64,000 nt of DNA from Ructibacterium sp. (GTDB lineage Bacteria > Bacillota > Clostridia > Monoglobales > Monoglobaceae): positions 15,645 to 79,644 of the forward strand of contig JAZURN010000047.1 in assembly GCA_045606185.1 (NCBI GenBank), given 5' to 3'. A program made the translations under genes and the position numbers. Shown here piece after piece: positions 27,641 through 37,557 of this stretch. The notes under the pieces were generated by a model that was not told the origin of the DNA, searched no databases, and saw nothing but the letters and a program-made list of their open reading frames with translations. How positions within the stretch are numbered: position 1 is the first letter of the stretch; each line of letters opens with the position of its first letter.

Positions 27641-27923
27641 TATACCTCAAATTTTAAATTTAATGTTTAGTTTAGATGCAATTCATTCTACTAGGAGTAA
27701 AAACGCTTGCTCGCAAGGGCATTTTTACGACGCCGTCAATTGGCATATGCGGGCAGAATGAACGCAGAAAGCCGTTAGGCTTTAAGAATTTTATAAAATA
27801 AAATTCTATATATGCTAATTATACCATATATTTTTTTCTGTTACAAGCAAAAAATGCCGTTTTGTGAAAAACCTTATAAAAACCACAAAAACCCGTCAAA
27901 AACGGGTTTTTGATTGTAGTCCT

Positions 27924-28637
27924 TTACCGCAAAGCTGCAGCAAGACGTTGCTCCAGTTCTTCCATCTCTTCTTTGATGGGTTCCCGATAGGAATCAAACC
28001 GAAATGGTAATTTTAAATTTTCGTATTTCACTCTGCATACCTTTCGAAACGGCAAAAGCTCCGTTTGATCAATGCAAGAATGCTGTTTGATAATTTTGGC
28101 AAGAGCTTTCATGTTCTCCTCCGTATCATTCAGAGCTGGAATAATAACCTGACGCAAGGTTACCGGAATCTTCTTTTCGTTCAGGAACTGAAGAAAGGAA
28201 AGAGGTTCTTGCATCGAACATCCCACATACTTTTGATAGGATTCCTCGTCAGTATACTTCATGTCCAGTAGCACTCTATCTGTGTATTCCAAAAGCTCTT
28301 TGCTATCTCGATTCAAAAGGCATCCTGAGGTATCCAGGCAGGTATTGATTCCTCTTTGTTTGCACTCTTTAAAAACATCTTTCGCAAACTTCGCCTGCAA
28401 AAGAGGCTCCCCACCGGAAAGGGTAATCCCGCCGTCTTCTCCAAAATACTCACGAAACCGTTCCGCCTTCTCTACAATTTCCTCGACAGAGTATTGCTGC
28501 CCGACAGATTCTTTCCATGTATCAGGGTTATGACAACATCCGCAACGGAGGGGACACCCCTGCAAAAAAACCACAAATCGCACTCCCGGGCCATCCACTG
28601 TCCCCAGAGATTGAATGGAATTGACGTATCCCTTCAT
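27924..28637 (-). CDS. pflA: Pyruvate formate-lyase activating enzyme
   Basis: GTVDGPGVRFVVFLQGCPLRCGCCHNPDTW, GGITLSGGEPLLQ; directly downstream of pflB. Confidence 0.93.
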   Translation of the reverse strand: MKGYVNSIQSLGTVDGPGVRFVVFLQGCPLRCGCCHNPDTWKESVGQQYSVEEIVEKAERFREYFGEDGGITLSGGEPLLQAKFAKDVFKECKQRGINTCLDTSGCLLNRDSKELLEYTDRVLLDMKYTDEESYQKYVGCSMQEPLSFLQFLNEKKIPVTLRQVIIPALNDTEENMKALAKIIKQHSCIDQTELLPFRKVCRVKYENLKLPFRFDSYREPIKEEMEELEQRLAAALR

Positions 28638-30863
28638 CTACAGAACCTCATGGAATGTACGGCTGATAACCTCTCTTTGCTGTTCACGAGAGAGCTTGTG
28701 GAAGTTTACCGCATAGCCGGAAACACGAATGGTCAGATTGGGGAATGCTTCCGGGTCTTCGTAGGCCTTCATCAAGGTTTCCCGATTTAGCACATTCACG
28801 TTGATGTGATGAGCATTCTTTTTGAAGTATCCGTCCAAAATGGTAACCAGATTCTCCACCTGCTCCTCCTCACTTCTACCCAATGCATCAGGGGCAATGG
28901 AAAAGGTATTAGAAATACCATCCCGACAATCCTCATAGCTCAATTTCGCAACAGAATTCAGGGATGCCAGCGCACCGTTTTCCTCCCTGTTATGCATGGG
29001 GTTGGCACCGGGGGCAAAGGGTTCCCCCGCCTTTCTTCCGTCCGGCGTTGCTCCTGTATTTTTTCCATACATCACATTGGAGGTAATGGTCAAAACAGAG
29101 AGGGTGTGCTCTGCGTTCCGATAGGTGGATGTCTTCCGAAGTTCGCAAATTACCTTATGAGTCAAGTCCTTGGCAATCAGGTCAACTCTATCATCATCAT
29201 TACCAAATTTCGGGAAACTCCCCTTGGTATCAAAATCAACAATAAATCCGTTTTCGTTTTTGATAGGAGAAACCTCCGCAAACCGAATCGCACTCAAAGA
29301 ATCGGCAACAACGGAAAGTCCTGCAACGCCAAACGCCATAAATCGATGAACATCGGTATCATGAAGCGCCATCTGAATCTTTTCATAGGCATACTTATCA
29401 TGCATATAATGGATGATGTTCATAGTGTTCACATAAAGCTTGGAAAGCCACTTGATATAAACCTCATACCGCTCCATTACGGCATCGTAGGATAAGTCCT
29501 CCAGTACCGGCATCTGGGGGCCGATATGAATGTCACTGGTGGTATCATAGCCTCCGTTAATGGCAATCAAAAGCAATTTAGCAAGATTGCACCGTGCCCC
29601 AAAGAACTGCATTTGTTTCCCTATTTTCATAGCAGAAACGCAGCAGGCAATGGCATAATCATCCCCATAGATTGGCCGCATCAGGTCATCGTTTTCATAC
29701 TGAATGGAATCAGTATCCCGAGAAACCTTGGCACAGAACTTTTTAAATCCTTCAGGCAAAGCCTCTGCCCACAGAACCGTCAAGTTTGGCTCGGGAGAAG
29801 GTCCAAGTGTATACAAGGTATTCAGCATCCGGAAGGTGGATTTAGTAACCAGCGTTCTGCCATCCTCTCCCATTCCGCCAAGGCTTTCGGTAATCCACAT
29901 GGGGTCGCCGCCGAAAAGCTCATTGTATTCCGGCGTTCTTAAATGCCGGGCAAGGCGAAGCTTGATCACAAAATCATCAATCAGTTCTTGAGCGGCTTCC
30001 TCAGTTAAAACACCATTTTTAATATCTCTTTCGATATAAATATCGAAGAATGTAGCGACTCTTCCCAAAGACATTGCCGCACCATTCTGCTCTTTGATAG
30101 CACCTAAATAACCAAAATAAGTCCACTGAATCGCTTCTTTCGTATCCTTTGCAGGAGCACTGATATCAAAGCCGTACATTGCCGCCATTTCTTTTAAGTA
30201 TCCCAAAAAGGCAATCTGCTGGGACAATTCTTCGCCCAACCGGATTTTTTCAGTATTGAAATTCTCCTGTTCCAGTTTCGACTTATCTTTTTTCTTTTCC
30301 TCAATCAAGCAATCAATACCATAAAGAGCCACACGCCGGTAATCGCCAATGACTCTTCCTCTGCCGTAGGCATCGGGAAGTCCGGTAATAACATGGCATC
30401 TCCGCGCCAAACGCATCTCGTCGGTATAGGCACGGAACACACCGGTGTTATGGGTTGTCCGATAACGGAACTCTTCTTCAATTTTCTCGCTCAACTGATA
30501 CCCATAAGCCTCACATGCCTGCCGTACCATTCGCATCCCGCCAAAGGGATTAACCCCACGCTTTAATGGACGATTGGTCTGCAGTCCTACAATCAGCTCG
30601 TTTTCTTTATCCACATAACCGGGAGAAAAGCTCGTTAAGGATGATACGGTGGCGGTGTCAATATCCAGAACTCCACCATATTGACGTTCCAGTTTAAAAA
30701 GCTCCTCCACTTTCTCCATCAGTTCCTTGGTTCTCTCGGTTGCACCTGCTAAAAAGCCTGCATCGCCACGAAACTCCTGATAGTTTTTTTGAATAAAATC
30801 ACGGACGTTGATTTCCTTTTGCCACGGGCCATCTACAAACCCAATCCAATTCTCATGCGTCAT
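28638..30863 (-). CDS. pflB: Pyruvate formate-lyase (formate C-acetyltransferase)
   Basis: [19 protein letters not shown] Cys-Cys active site, TIRVSGYAV glycyl-radical loop. Confidence 0.97.
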   Translation of the reverse strand: MTHENWIGFVDGPWQKEINVRDFIQKNYQEFRGDAGFLAGATERTKELMEKVEELFKLERQYGGVLDIDTATVSSLTSFSPGYVDKENELIVGLQTNRPLKRGVNPFGGMRMVRQACEAYGYQLSEKIEEEFRYRTTHNTGVFRAYTDEMRLARRCHVITGLPDAYGRGRVIGDYRRVALYGIDCLIEEKKKDKSKLEQENFNTEKIRLGEELSQQIAFLGYLKEMAAMYGFDISAPAKDTKEAIQWTYFGYLGAIKEQNGAAMSLGRVATFFDIYIERDIKNGVLTEEAAQELIDDFVIKLRLARHLRTPEYNELFGGDPMWITESLGGMGEDGRTLVTKSTFRMLNTLYTLGPSPEPNLTVLWAEALPEGFKKFCAKVSRDTDSIQYENDDLMRPIYGDDYAIACCVSAMKIGKQMQFFGARCNLAKLLLIAINGGYDTTSDIHIGPQMPVLEDLSYDAVMERYEVYIKWLSKLYVNTMNIIHYMHDKYAYEKIQMALHDTDVHRFMAFGVAGLSVVADSLSAIRFAEVSPIKNENGFIVDFDTKGSFPKFGNDDDRVDLIAKDLTHKVICELRKTSTYRNAEHTLSVLTITSNVMYGKNTGATPDGRKAGEPFAPGANPMHNREENGALASLNSVAKLSYEDCRDGISNTFSIAPDALGRSEEEQVENLVTILDGYFKKNAHHINVNVLNRETLMKAYEDPEAFPNLTIRVSGYAVNFHKLSREQQREVISRTFHEVL

Positions 30864-30890
30864 AATCATCATCCTCCTTTATTTTTGTAC

Positions 30891-30997
30891 AAAAAAAGGG
30901 TAAACCAGCACAAACTGATTTGCCCAGACGGTCGGCGTATATTCCCCTACACTCCCTTGCGGTACTCCGCAAAAAAACCGTCAGTTGTGCAGGAACA
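30891..30997 (-). ncRNA. ZMP/ZTP (pfl) riboswitch with overlapping terminator
   Basis: Minus strand CACAACTGACGG...GCGGAGTACCGCAAGGGAGTGT...CGCCGACCGTCTGGGCA followed by hairpin and T7; upstream of pflB; promoter TTGACA-N17-TAAAAT at 31003-31031. Confidence 0.88.
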
Positions 30998-31078
30998 ATT
31001 TTATTTTACTAGATATTGTATAATTTGTCAACATTATTTTACAAAAAAACGCAAGGAGGGTACCCCTTGCGTTTTTCT

Positions 31079-33538
31079 CTATTTCTTCAGCCCCAAAATC
31101 TCAATGGATTCTTCCCGCATCTTATACTTAAGGATTTTTCCTGCGGCATTCATGGGGAAATCCTTAACGAAAACAAAATATCTTGGAACCTTATGCCGTG
31201 CAATGGAGGCATAACCAAACTCCTTCATTTCCTCTTCGTTGGAAGTTTCTCCTTGATTCAGGATAACCCACGCACAGCATTCCTCGCCATACTTCTCGTC
31301 AGGAACTGCCACAACCTGTACGTCCCGAACCTTGGGATTGGTAAGATAAAATTCCTCGATTTCACGGGGATAAAGATTCTCGCCGCCACGGATAATCATA
31401 TCCTTTAAACGGCCGGTTACCTTAAAGTATCCATCCTCGGTCCGGCAACAAATATCTCCAGAATGCAGCCATCCGTCAGCATCGATGGTCTGTGCAGTTG
31501 CCTCCGGCATTTTATAATATCCCTTCATGATATTAAAGCCACGGGCTACAAACTCGCCGCTTTCGCCATCCGGCAAATCCTCCCCGGTTTCCGGGTCGAT
31601 AATTTTACATTCTACACCGGGGAAAGCACTTCCCACTGTTTCAACACGGTGGTCAATATCCTCGTTGACCTCGCCCATGGTACAACCGGGAGATGCTTCC
31701 GTCTGCCCATAAACCGAAATGATTTCCCGCATGTTCATCTCTGCTGCTGCTTGACGCATCAAGTCCGCCGGGCAGTTTGCACCTGCCATAATACCGGTAC
31801 GGATATAAGAGAAGTCTGTTTTGGAAAAATCAGGATGATTAAACAAAGCAATAAACATGGTCGGCACACCGTTAAAGCAGGTAATATGTTCATCATTGAT
31901 GCACGCCAAGGACGATTTGGGAGAGAAATACGGCATCGGAGACAGGGTTCCGCCGTGGGTCATCATGGATGTCATAGAAAGCACCATGCCAAAGCAATGA
32001 AACATGGGCACCTGAATCATCATCCTATCTGCAGTGGACAAATCCATTCTGTCGCCAATGGTCTTACCGTTGTTGACAATATTTCGATGAGTCAGCATAA
32101 CCCCCTTGGGGAAACCGGTTGTCCCGGAGGTATACTGCATATTACAAACATCATCAGGCTTTACCAAAGAGGCACGGCGTCGAACCTCTTCCTGAGGAAC
32201 TAAACTGGAACGTTTCATCATCTGTTCCCAGGTAAGACATCCGTCCATTGAGAAACCAACCGTAATAACATTCCGCAAGAAAGGTAGGCTCTTGGAATAA
32301 ATCGCATCCCCTGGCTTGGTATTCCGCAGCTCCGGAAGAAGCTCCTCGATAATTTCCTTGTAGTTAATATCCTTGCAATCTTCAATCATCACAAGGGTAT
32401 GGGTATCAGACTGCTTGAGCAAATACTCAATTTCATGAATCCGGTATGCAGTATTCACTGTTACCAAAACAGCACCGATTTTAGTGGTTGCCCAGAAGGT
32501 AATAAACCAAGCCGGAATATTGGTCGCCCAGACCGCCACATGGTCCCCTGCCTTAACGCCCAAGGAAATCAATGCCGCAGCACACTCGTCCACATCCCGC
32601 CGGAATTCGGTATAGGTTCTGGTATAGTCCAGCGTTGTATATTTAAAGGCATACTGGTCCGGATAGTTCTCGACCATAGTATCCAGCACATTCGAGAAGG
32701 TTGCATCAATGATGTCGTACTTCTTCCACGGAAAGGTTCCTGTCTTGGAGCGATTATAGTGTTTGCCGTCCTTCTCCTTCTTTTTTCTGCCAATGGAGGC
32801 AATGTAGTTGGAAAAATGAGTTAATACAATATCGGCATCGTTGATTTCATCATTCCATGCAACAGCGATAAATCCATCAAAATTCAAGGACGAAAGTGCG
32901 TTGATAAACTTTTCAACAGGAAGCTCTCCTTCGCCAATCAAGGCCGTCTTGCCATCCTTCATGTCCCCCAGACGAACGTACTTAATGTGTGCGCCTAAGT
33001 TCTTAATGGTGGTTTCTGCTGTCTCACCGGCAGAAAAATAAGTTCCCCGTACGTTCCAGGACGCACCGACTACCGCTGATGAAAAAAAGTTAATAATATC
33101 AATAACCTTTGTGGTATCTGAAAGAACACCTACGGTTTCAAACAAAATCTGAATCCCCGTCTTCTCGGCTTTTGCAATGGCCAAGGAGAGCTTTTGGCTC
33201 AAAGCCTCTTGCTCCATGGCATCCTCAATACGAAGAATCACACGTTCAATTCCTGCACTTCCAGCCAATTCCACATATTTTAGGATTTCTTCCGCAGTTG
33301 CCTCGGCAGATTCCAGCGGATGGGGATAGGTCAGGGCAGAAACCGAAATTCCACGATTCAAAAGCTTCCGTTTTGCATCTGCAATTCTCTCACTGCGGAG
33401 GATGCTGTCATAGTGTTTTTTTCGTTCATGAATTGCATCGTAGATTTCAAAACCTGCATATCCGTAATCGTGAGCAAACCTACACAAATCCAAGAAGGAG
33501 GCACGCTTGACGTTTTTAGTTGAAAAAACCAGTTTCAT
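31079..33538 (-). CDS. Fusion of a degenerate xylose-isomerase/AP-endonuclease-2-like TIM barrel and an AMP-forming acyl-CoA ligase
   Basis: N-terminal ~255 aa TIM barrel; C-terminal YTSGTTGFPKG, YGQTEASP, GWLHSGD, GRLKDMIIRGGEN, PMNAAGKI. Confidence 0.85.
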   Translation of the reverse strand: MKLVFSTKNVKRASFLDLCRFAHDYGYAGFEIYDAIHERKKHYDSILRSERIADAKRKLLNRGISVSALTYPHPLESAEATAEEILKYVELAGSAGIERVILRIEDAMEQEALSQKLSLAIAKAEKTGIQILFETVGVLSDTTKVIDIINFFSSAVVGASWNVRGTYFSAGETAETTIKNLGAHIKYVRLGDMKDGKTALIGEGELPVEKFINALSSLNFDGFIAVAWNDEINDADIVLTHFSNYIASIGRKKKEKDGKHYNRSKTGTFPWKKYDIIDATFSNVLDTMVENYPDQYAFKYTTLDYTRTYTEFRRDVDECAAALISLGVKAGDHVAVWATNIPAWFITFWATTKIGAVLVTVNTAYRIHEIEYLLKQSDTHTLVMIEDCKDINYKEIIEELLPELRNTKPGDAIYSKSLPFLRNVITVGFSMDGCLTWEQMMKRSSLVPQEEVRRRASLVKPDDVCNMQYTSGTTGFPKGVMLTHRNIVNNGKTIGDRMDLSTADRMMIQVPMFHCFGMVLSMTSMMTHGGTLSPMPYFSPKSSLACINDEHITCFNGVPTMFIALFNHPDFSKTDFSYIRTGIMAGANCPADLMRQAAAEMNMREIISVYGQTEASPGCTMGEVNEDIDHRVETVGSAFPGVECKIIDPETGEDLPDGESGEFVARGFNIMKGYYKMPEATAQTIDADGWLHSGDICCRTEDGYFKVTGRLKDMIIRGGENLYPREIEEFYLTNPKVRDVQVVAVPDEKYGEECCAWVILNQGETSNEEEMKEFGYASIARHKVPRYFVFVKDFPMNAAGKILKYKMREESIEILGLKK

Positions 33539-33539
33539 C

Positions 33540-34928
33540 TTAATCCTCCTCGAATACAATTTTATTCAAAGCATTGATGTACGCTCGGATGCTGGCTGCA
33601 ACAATATCCGTAGACGTTCCGTTTCCGGAATAAAGCTTCCCATTATTCCGCAGCCTTACAAGGGCAGAGCCAAGCGCCTCTTTCCCTTCGGTAACTGCCT
33701 GAACCTGAAAATCATCCAATTCATAGTGATAACCAATGCATTGCTCAATTGCAAGAAAAACCGAGTCAATAGGGCCATCCCCCATGCTAACGCCCGAGAG
33801 GATTTCGTCCCCACACTTTAAGGTAATCTGTGACATAGCGCCGTTTAAATTACCACAGTTGGTCGTATAGCTTTCCAAATGATAGGTAGAAGGTGCCTGC
33901 ATGGCAAAACTTGCAATCAAGGCTTCGAATTCTTTAGCGCCAACAGAGCCCTTCTTCTCGCATACCTGCATCAAAGCCTTATGTACATTTCCGCAATCCC
34001 CGTCGGATAAGTCATAGCCCAGAACCTGCGCCGCCTGTTCCACCTGCGAAATACTGCTGTCAGCATCCAGTAAAATCTTCTTCTTTTCGCTGAAGGAAGC
34101 CTCTGTTTCGTAGGTTTGATGGTTAATCGTAGAGAGCATATCATCAATACTTGCATGGATTCTGGTGTTTTCCAATCCTATCTCAACACCAATGGCATCT
34201 CCCCGGGCAGAAATAGCATCGCAAAGCTCGCCCATCAAAAGGGCATCCTTCCCTGCCATAGCACACTTTAAACCATCTGCCCCGGCAGAAACCGCAGCAA
34301 TCGCAGCTGCTACCGCCATGTTGATTCCGTCAGATACCTGAACATAAACCGGAATGGAAACTGCATCCTTTAGCTTCTTCACAAGATCTGCAATTTCCTC
34401 CGGCAGAGAGATTCCGGCACAATCACAGATGGTAACAATCCCGGCACCGCTCTTTTCCGCTTCCTGTGCGGCAGTAATCAGGAACGATTCATCAGCACGG
34501 GTTGCATCCAATGCCACAAACTCCACATCATCACAGAGTCCTTTTGCGGCGCAGGTCAGCTCAGCGATTTTTGTAAGCATTTTCTCGGACTTCATATGAT
34601 ATAAATACTCCATTTGGACAGTGGAGGTTGGCACCTCAACCTGCAAACGGGGTTTCTTCGTTTCCTTAACGCACTCCCATGCATTTGCAACATCTTCTCT
34701 GGAAAAACCAACCGGAATGGCTAGAACTCCATTTATCATATTCTGGGCAATGGTTTTATTGATAATGGTATCCTCCCGCAGACTTTGGATGGGAGAGAGC
34801 TCCACAGCGTCTGCACCAAGGCTGTCCCCGCAGGCAGCGATTGCAGTCTTCTCCCGGAACAACAAGGAAACTTCTGTATCCTGCCCCAATCTTTTCAATG
34901 TAATGTCGGTAATGTTAATTTTCTTCAT
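33540..34928 (-). CDS. LeuA-like protein with degenerate catalytic domain and intact C-terminal regulatory domain
   Basis: LeuA-like blocks (VEFVALDATRAD, ICDCAGISLP, GDGPID, STDIVAASIRAYINALN), but DRE, HxH and GERAGN motifs are missing. Confidence 0.8.
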   Translation of the reverse strand: MKKINITDITLKRLGQDTEVSLLFREKTAIAACGDSLGADAVELSPIQSLREDTIINKTIAQNMINGVLAIPVGFSREDVANAWECVKETKKPRLQVEVPTSTVQMEYLYHMKSEKMLTKIAELTCAAKGLCDDVEFVALDATRADESFLITAAQEAEKSGAGIVTICDCAGISLPEEIADLVKKLKDAVSIPVYVQVSDGINMAVAAAIAAVSAGADGLKCAMAGKDALLMGELCDAISARGDAIGVEIGLENTRIHASIDDMLSTINHQTYETEASFSEKKKILLDADSSISQVEQAAQVLGYDLSDGDCGNVHKALMQVCEKKGSVGAKEFEALIASFAMQAPSTYHLESYTTNCGNLNGAMSQITLKCGDEILSGVSMGDGPIDSVFLAIEQCIGYHYELDDFQVQAVTEGKEALGSALVRLRNNGKLYSGNGTSTDIVAASIRAYINALNKIVFEED

Positions 34929-34974
34929 GTTAAATGCCCTCCTTTTGTAATTCTTTCCTTAGTTATTTTGCGAA

Positions 34975-35245
34975 CAAAAAAAACGTTTCCGCCCCTTTGT
35001 TCAAGCAAAGAGACGAAAACGTAACAAGCATTTGTTTCCGCGGTACCACTCTTCTTCATCCAGATTGGATGCCCTTCGATGCAAACACATCTTGACTCTG
35101 TAACGGGAGTTCCCGTCCACCCCTACTTCATTTCAAGGTAGCCGCTCCGCGGTGAGTTCAGCAAATCTTCCCCAATGTCTCGCACCAACCGACATCTCTC
35201 TCAAGGCGAAAGCAGTTTGCCTACTATTCCGCATCCCTGCGTTTT
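34975..35245 (-). ncRNA. T-box riboswitch with Leu (CUC) specifier
   Basis: AGTA, AGAGAG, GGTGCGA, GAA-CTC specifier (35154-35156), T-box GAGTGGTACCGCG, terminator with T run; promoter TTGACA-N17-TATAAT at 35263-35291. Confidence 0.9.
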
Positions 35246-35311
35246 TATTTACATTGGAAATAATTATAGCATATATGCATACGTTTGTCAAGTAGAATTT
35301 TTCTATTTTTT

Positions 35312-35337
35312 AGGGAATTCGTGAATTGCCCTCCTAC
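35312..35337 (-). repeat. Single GTAG-type REP
   Basis: Minus strand TGTAGGAGGGCAATTCACGAATTCCCT, similar to the 27605-27630 unit. Confidence 0.5.
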
Positions 35338-35626
35338 AACAAAACCATTTTAAATACCACAATAGCATACGGGACGTCGTTCTCGTGTTAGGCAAATATG
35401 CCGGTGGCAAATTTGTAACGGAATATGAGGTGAGACAGTACCGGCTTTTAGGAAACGCAGAGCGTTTCTTCCCAAACCATTACGCCATCCCCTACAGTCA
35501 ACCCATTGGGGTTGTTTATCCGGAAAACATCGTTTTAACATTATATGGACGAATGCCGATGAATATGCAAAAAAGAGAATGGCATATGCCATTCTCTTTT
35601 TGGATTTTCAATCAAGTATAATTGAA

Positions 35627-37300
35627 TTACTGGATGTTCAAAGTAACAACATCGTTCAGGCTGGTCAGGCTGGTAAAGTTATTCCAGAGGAATACCTTAA
35701 CCTTTGCAGCACCAGAAGGAGCAACTGCAAAGCTTTGACCGTCTGTCAAATTCTGAGCGTTTGCAATCTGTGCCTTAACCATATTGTCATTTGCATCGTA
35801 GGTTACCAGCAACAACTTGCCGCTAACACCGCTCTTAACGGTGGGATACAGAGAAGCACCGGAAGCAATGGCAGCACCATTCTCCAAAATCTCGCCGCCA
35901 ACACTGGTGGTCAAAGCCAAGGTAGGCTCAGTGAAACACATAGAATAGCTTACAGCAACATCAGCACCAACGAGCTGTGCACCGGTTCCACCAAAGTCAC
36001 CATTGGAGCGGTAGGATGTAGTAGAAGCAACCTTGGTAAATGCTGCGTCGGATGCTTTCTTCATATAAACATCGTAACCACCGTTAGTATTGGTTGTAAT
36101 CAAAAGATCGTTCCATTCGGTACCAGGAGCATAATCTACCAGCTTGGTTGCAACGCCCTGACCAGCAGTACCATAGTCATAAATGGTAATGCCTGTTGTA
36201 GAAATATCCATGAATGCTCTGTTGTTGGTCCATACGCCACATGCCTGCGCATTCAAAGCACCGCCCTCTTCCAGCTTGAAGCCAAAGCCCCAGTTTCCGT
36301 TACAAAGAGGAGACCACTTACCTACTGAGGTAGGATTGTAGTATCTTAATGTACTACTAGCTGCAGGGAATACTGCACCTTTATCGTTATCAAAGGTAAT
36401 ACCTTCGGTAACGCTCAGACCTGTTGTTGCGGGATCAAAGTTATCGGTAAAATCCAATGCCATAGGACTCCAGTTTGCATCGCCCGGGTGAGCCTCGGAA
36501 GTTACACCACCGAGAGCTACACCTACTGCATCGTAAGGAATCTCGGGAGCAACTACGGGAACCTCAGGAACAGCAGGACCCTGTGTAACATCGCTGGGTT
36601 CCAGCATGATTGCATCGCTAACATGTGCACCTTGTCCGTAAATGGTCATACCGGTACCCCTCCAGTTACCACCCGGACGATAGTCCGCTGCAGTTGCTAC
36701 ATGGGTAAAGTTCTTGTCAGTAGCCTTCTTCGTGTATACTGCGTAACCACTGCCAGAAGGAGCAACAACCATATCAATCCAGTCTGTACCAGGAACAAAT
36801 TCATTGATTTTAGTAGCACCCTGGAAACTGCCTGCTCCGTCACCTTCATAAACTGTAACGCCGGTGTTGGAGAACTCAATCATGGAACGGTCATGGCTAT
36901 ACAACTCACACGCCTGGAATCCCAAGGTACCACCTTGGTCCAACTTAAAACGTACGGTGTATGCACCGAGCACCAGAGGAGACCATTGGGTAGAACCGGA
37001 CGGGAAGTATGTCCAGGTTAACGTTGAACCTGCCGCAAAGTTCAAGCCATTGGTGTTGTCATAACTACAACCTGTGGGCAGAGTAATACCTGCAGTCTGG
37101 CTGAAATTATCCTTGAAATCGAAGTTCATACCAAACCAGGTTGCATGATTCTCAACCGGAACAGCGCTGGCTTTGCCGATCAGTGCACCGATGGTGTTGA
37201 AGTCCACTCCTGTCAAAGCTGCAGAAGCCTGCATCATAGGCAAAGAGCAGACTACCATCACGACACAAAGCAATGCTGCCAAGATACGTGTCTTTTTCAT
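35627..37300 (-). CDS. Secreted protein (557 aa) with two ~200-aa beta-rich repeats
   Basis: Signal peptide; duplicated WSPL...FKL..GG.L..QAC...ATK....PGT.W.D...VY.KKA.D..FT.VA; RBS AAGGAGG; terminator hairpin at 35570-35601. Confidence 0.8.
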   Translation of the reverse strand: MKKTRILAALLCVVMVVCSLPMMQASAALTGVDFNTIGALIGKASAVPVENHATWFGMNFDFKDNFSQTAGITLPTGCSYDNTNGLNFAAGSTLTWTYFPSGSTQWSPLVLGAYTVRFKLDQGGTLGFQACELYSHDRSMIEFSNTGVTVYEGDGAGSFQGATKINEFVPGTDWIDMVVAPSGSGYAVYTKKATDKNFTHVATAADYRPGGNWRGTGMTIYGQGAHVSDAIMLEPSDVTQGPAVPEVPVVAPEIPYDAVGVALGGVTSEAHPGDANWSPMALDFTDNFDPATTGLSVTEGITFDNDKGAVFPAASSTLRYYNPTSVGKWSPLCNGNWGFGFKLEEGGALNAQACGVWTNNRAFMDISTTGITIYDYGTAGQGVATKLVDYAPGTEWNDLLITTNTNGGYDVYMKKASDAAFTKVASTTSYRSNGDFGGTGAQLVGADVAVSYSMCFTEPTLALTTSVGGEILENGAAIASGASLYPTVKSGVSGKLLLVTYDANDNMVKAQIANAQNLTDGQSFAVAPSGAAKVKVFLWNNFTSLTSLNDVVTLNIQ

Positions 37301-37529
37301 AAAAAATCCTCCTTAAAAGAATAGTACTGATTCCACATTCTTTCAAAAGGGTAAATCTGCTTCCTGCAGAATCAGTTTTATCTTTTCCCATTCAAACGAA
37401 TGGTTTATTATATTCTCATTCTCACATCCGTTAGCACTAATGCATCACGCCGTCCTCGCTAACGGTTTATGCTTTTCCGCTTTTCCACAAAGCAAATTTT
37501 GATACACACAACCTCCGTCTATTTTCTTC

Positions 37530-37555
37530 AAAAAGCCTCCGAAAGGAGGCTTTTT
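37530..37555 (-). terminator. Terminator after ftsZ
   Basis: AAAAAGCCTCC-GAAA-GGAGGCTTTTT. Confidence 0.85.
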
Positions 37556-37557
37556 AT

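Noticed and set aside
33540-34928. Functional 2-isopropylmalate synthase (leuA) or a pseudogene
   Set aside because: Catalytic and metal-binding motifs are absent, so it was not called leuA. The ORF is intact and coupled to the next gene, so it was not called a pseudogene.
35385-35621. RAYT/IS200 transposase remnant next to the solo REP
   Set aside because: No HUH or catalytic Tyr motif and no RBS; it overlaps a terminator.
37420-37500. c-di-GMP riboswitch upstream of the secreted protein
   Set aside because: A CCGTTAGC/GCTAACGG hairpin exists, but the GEMM hallmarks (GGCAAAC, GAAA tetraloop with receptor, GCAAA) are not arranged correctly.
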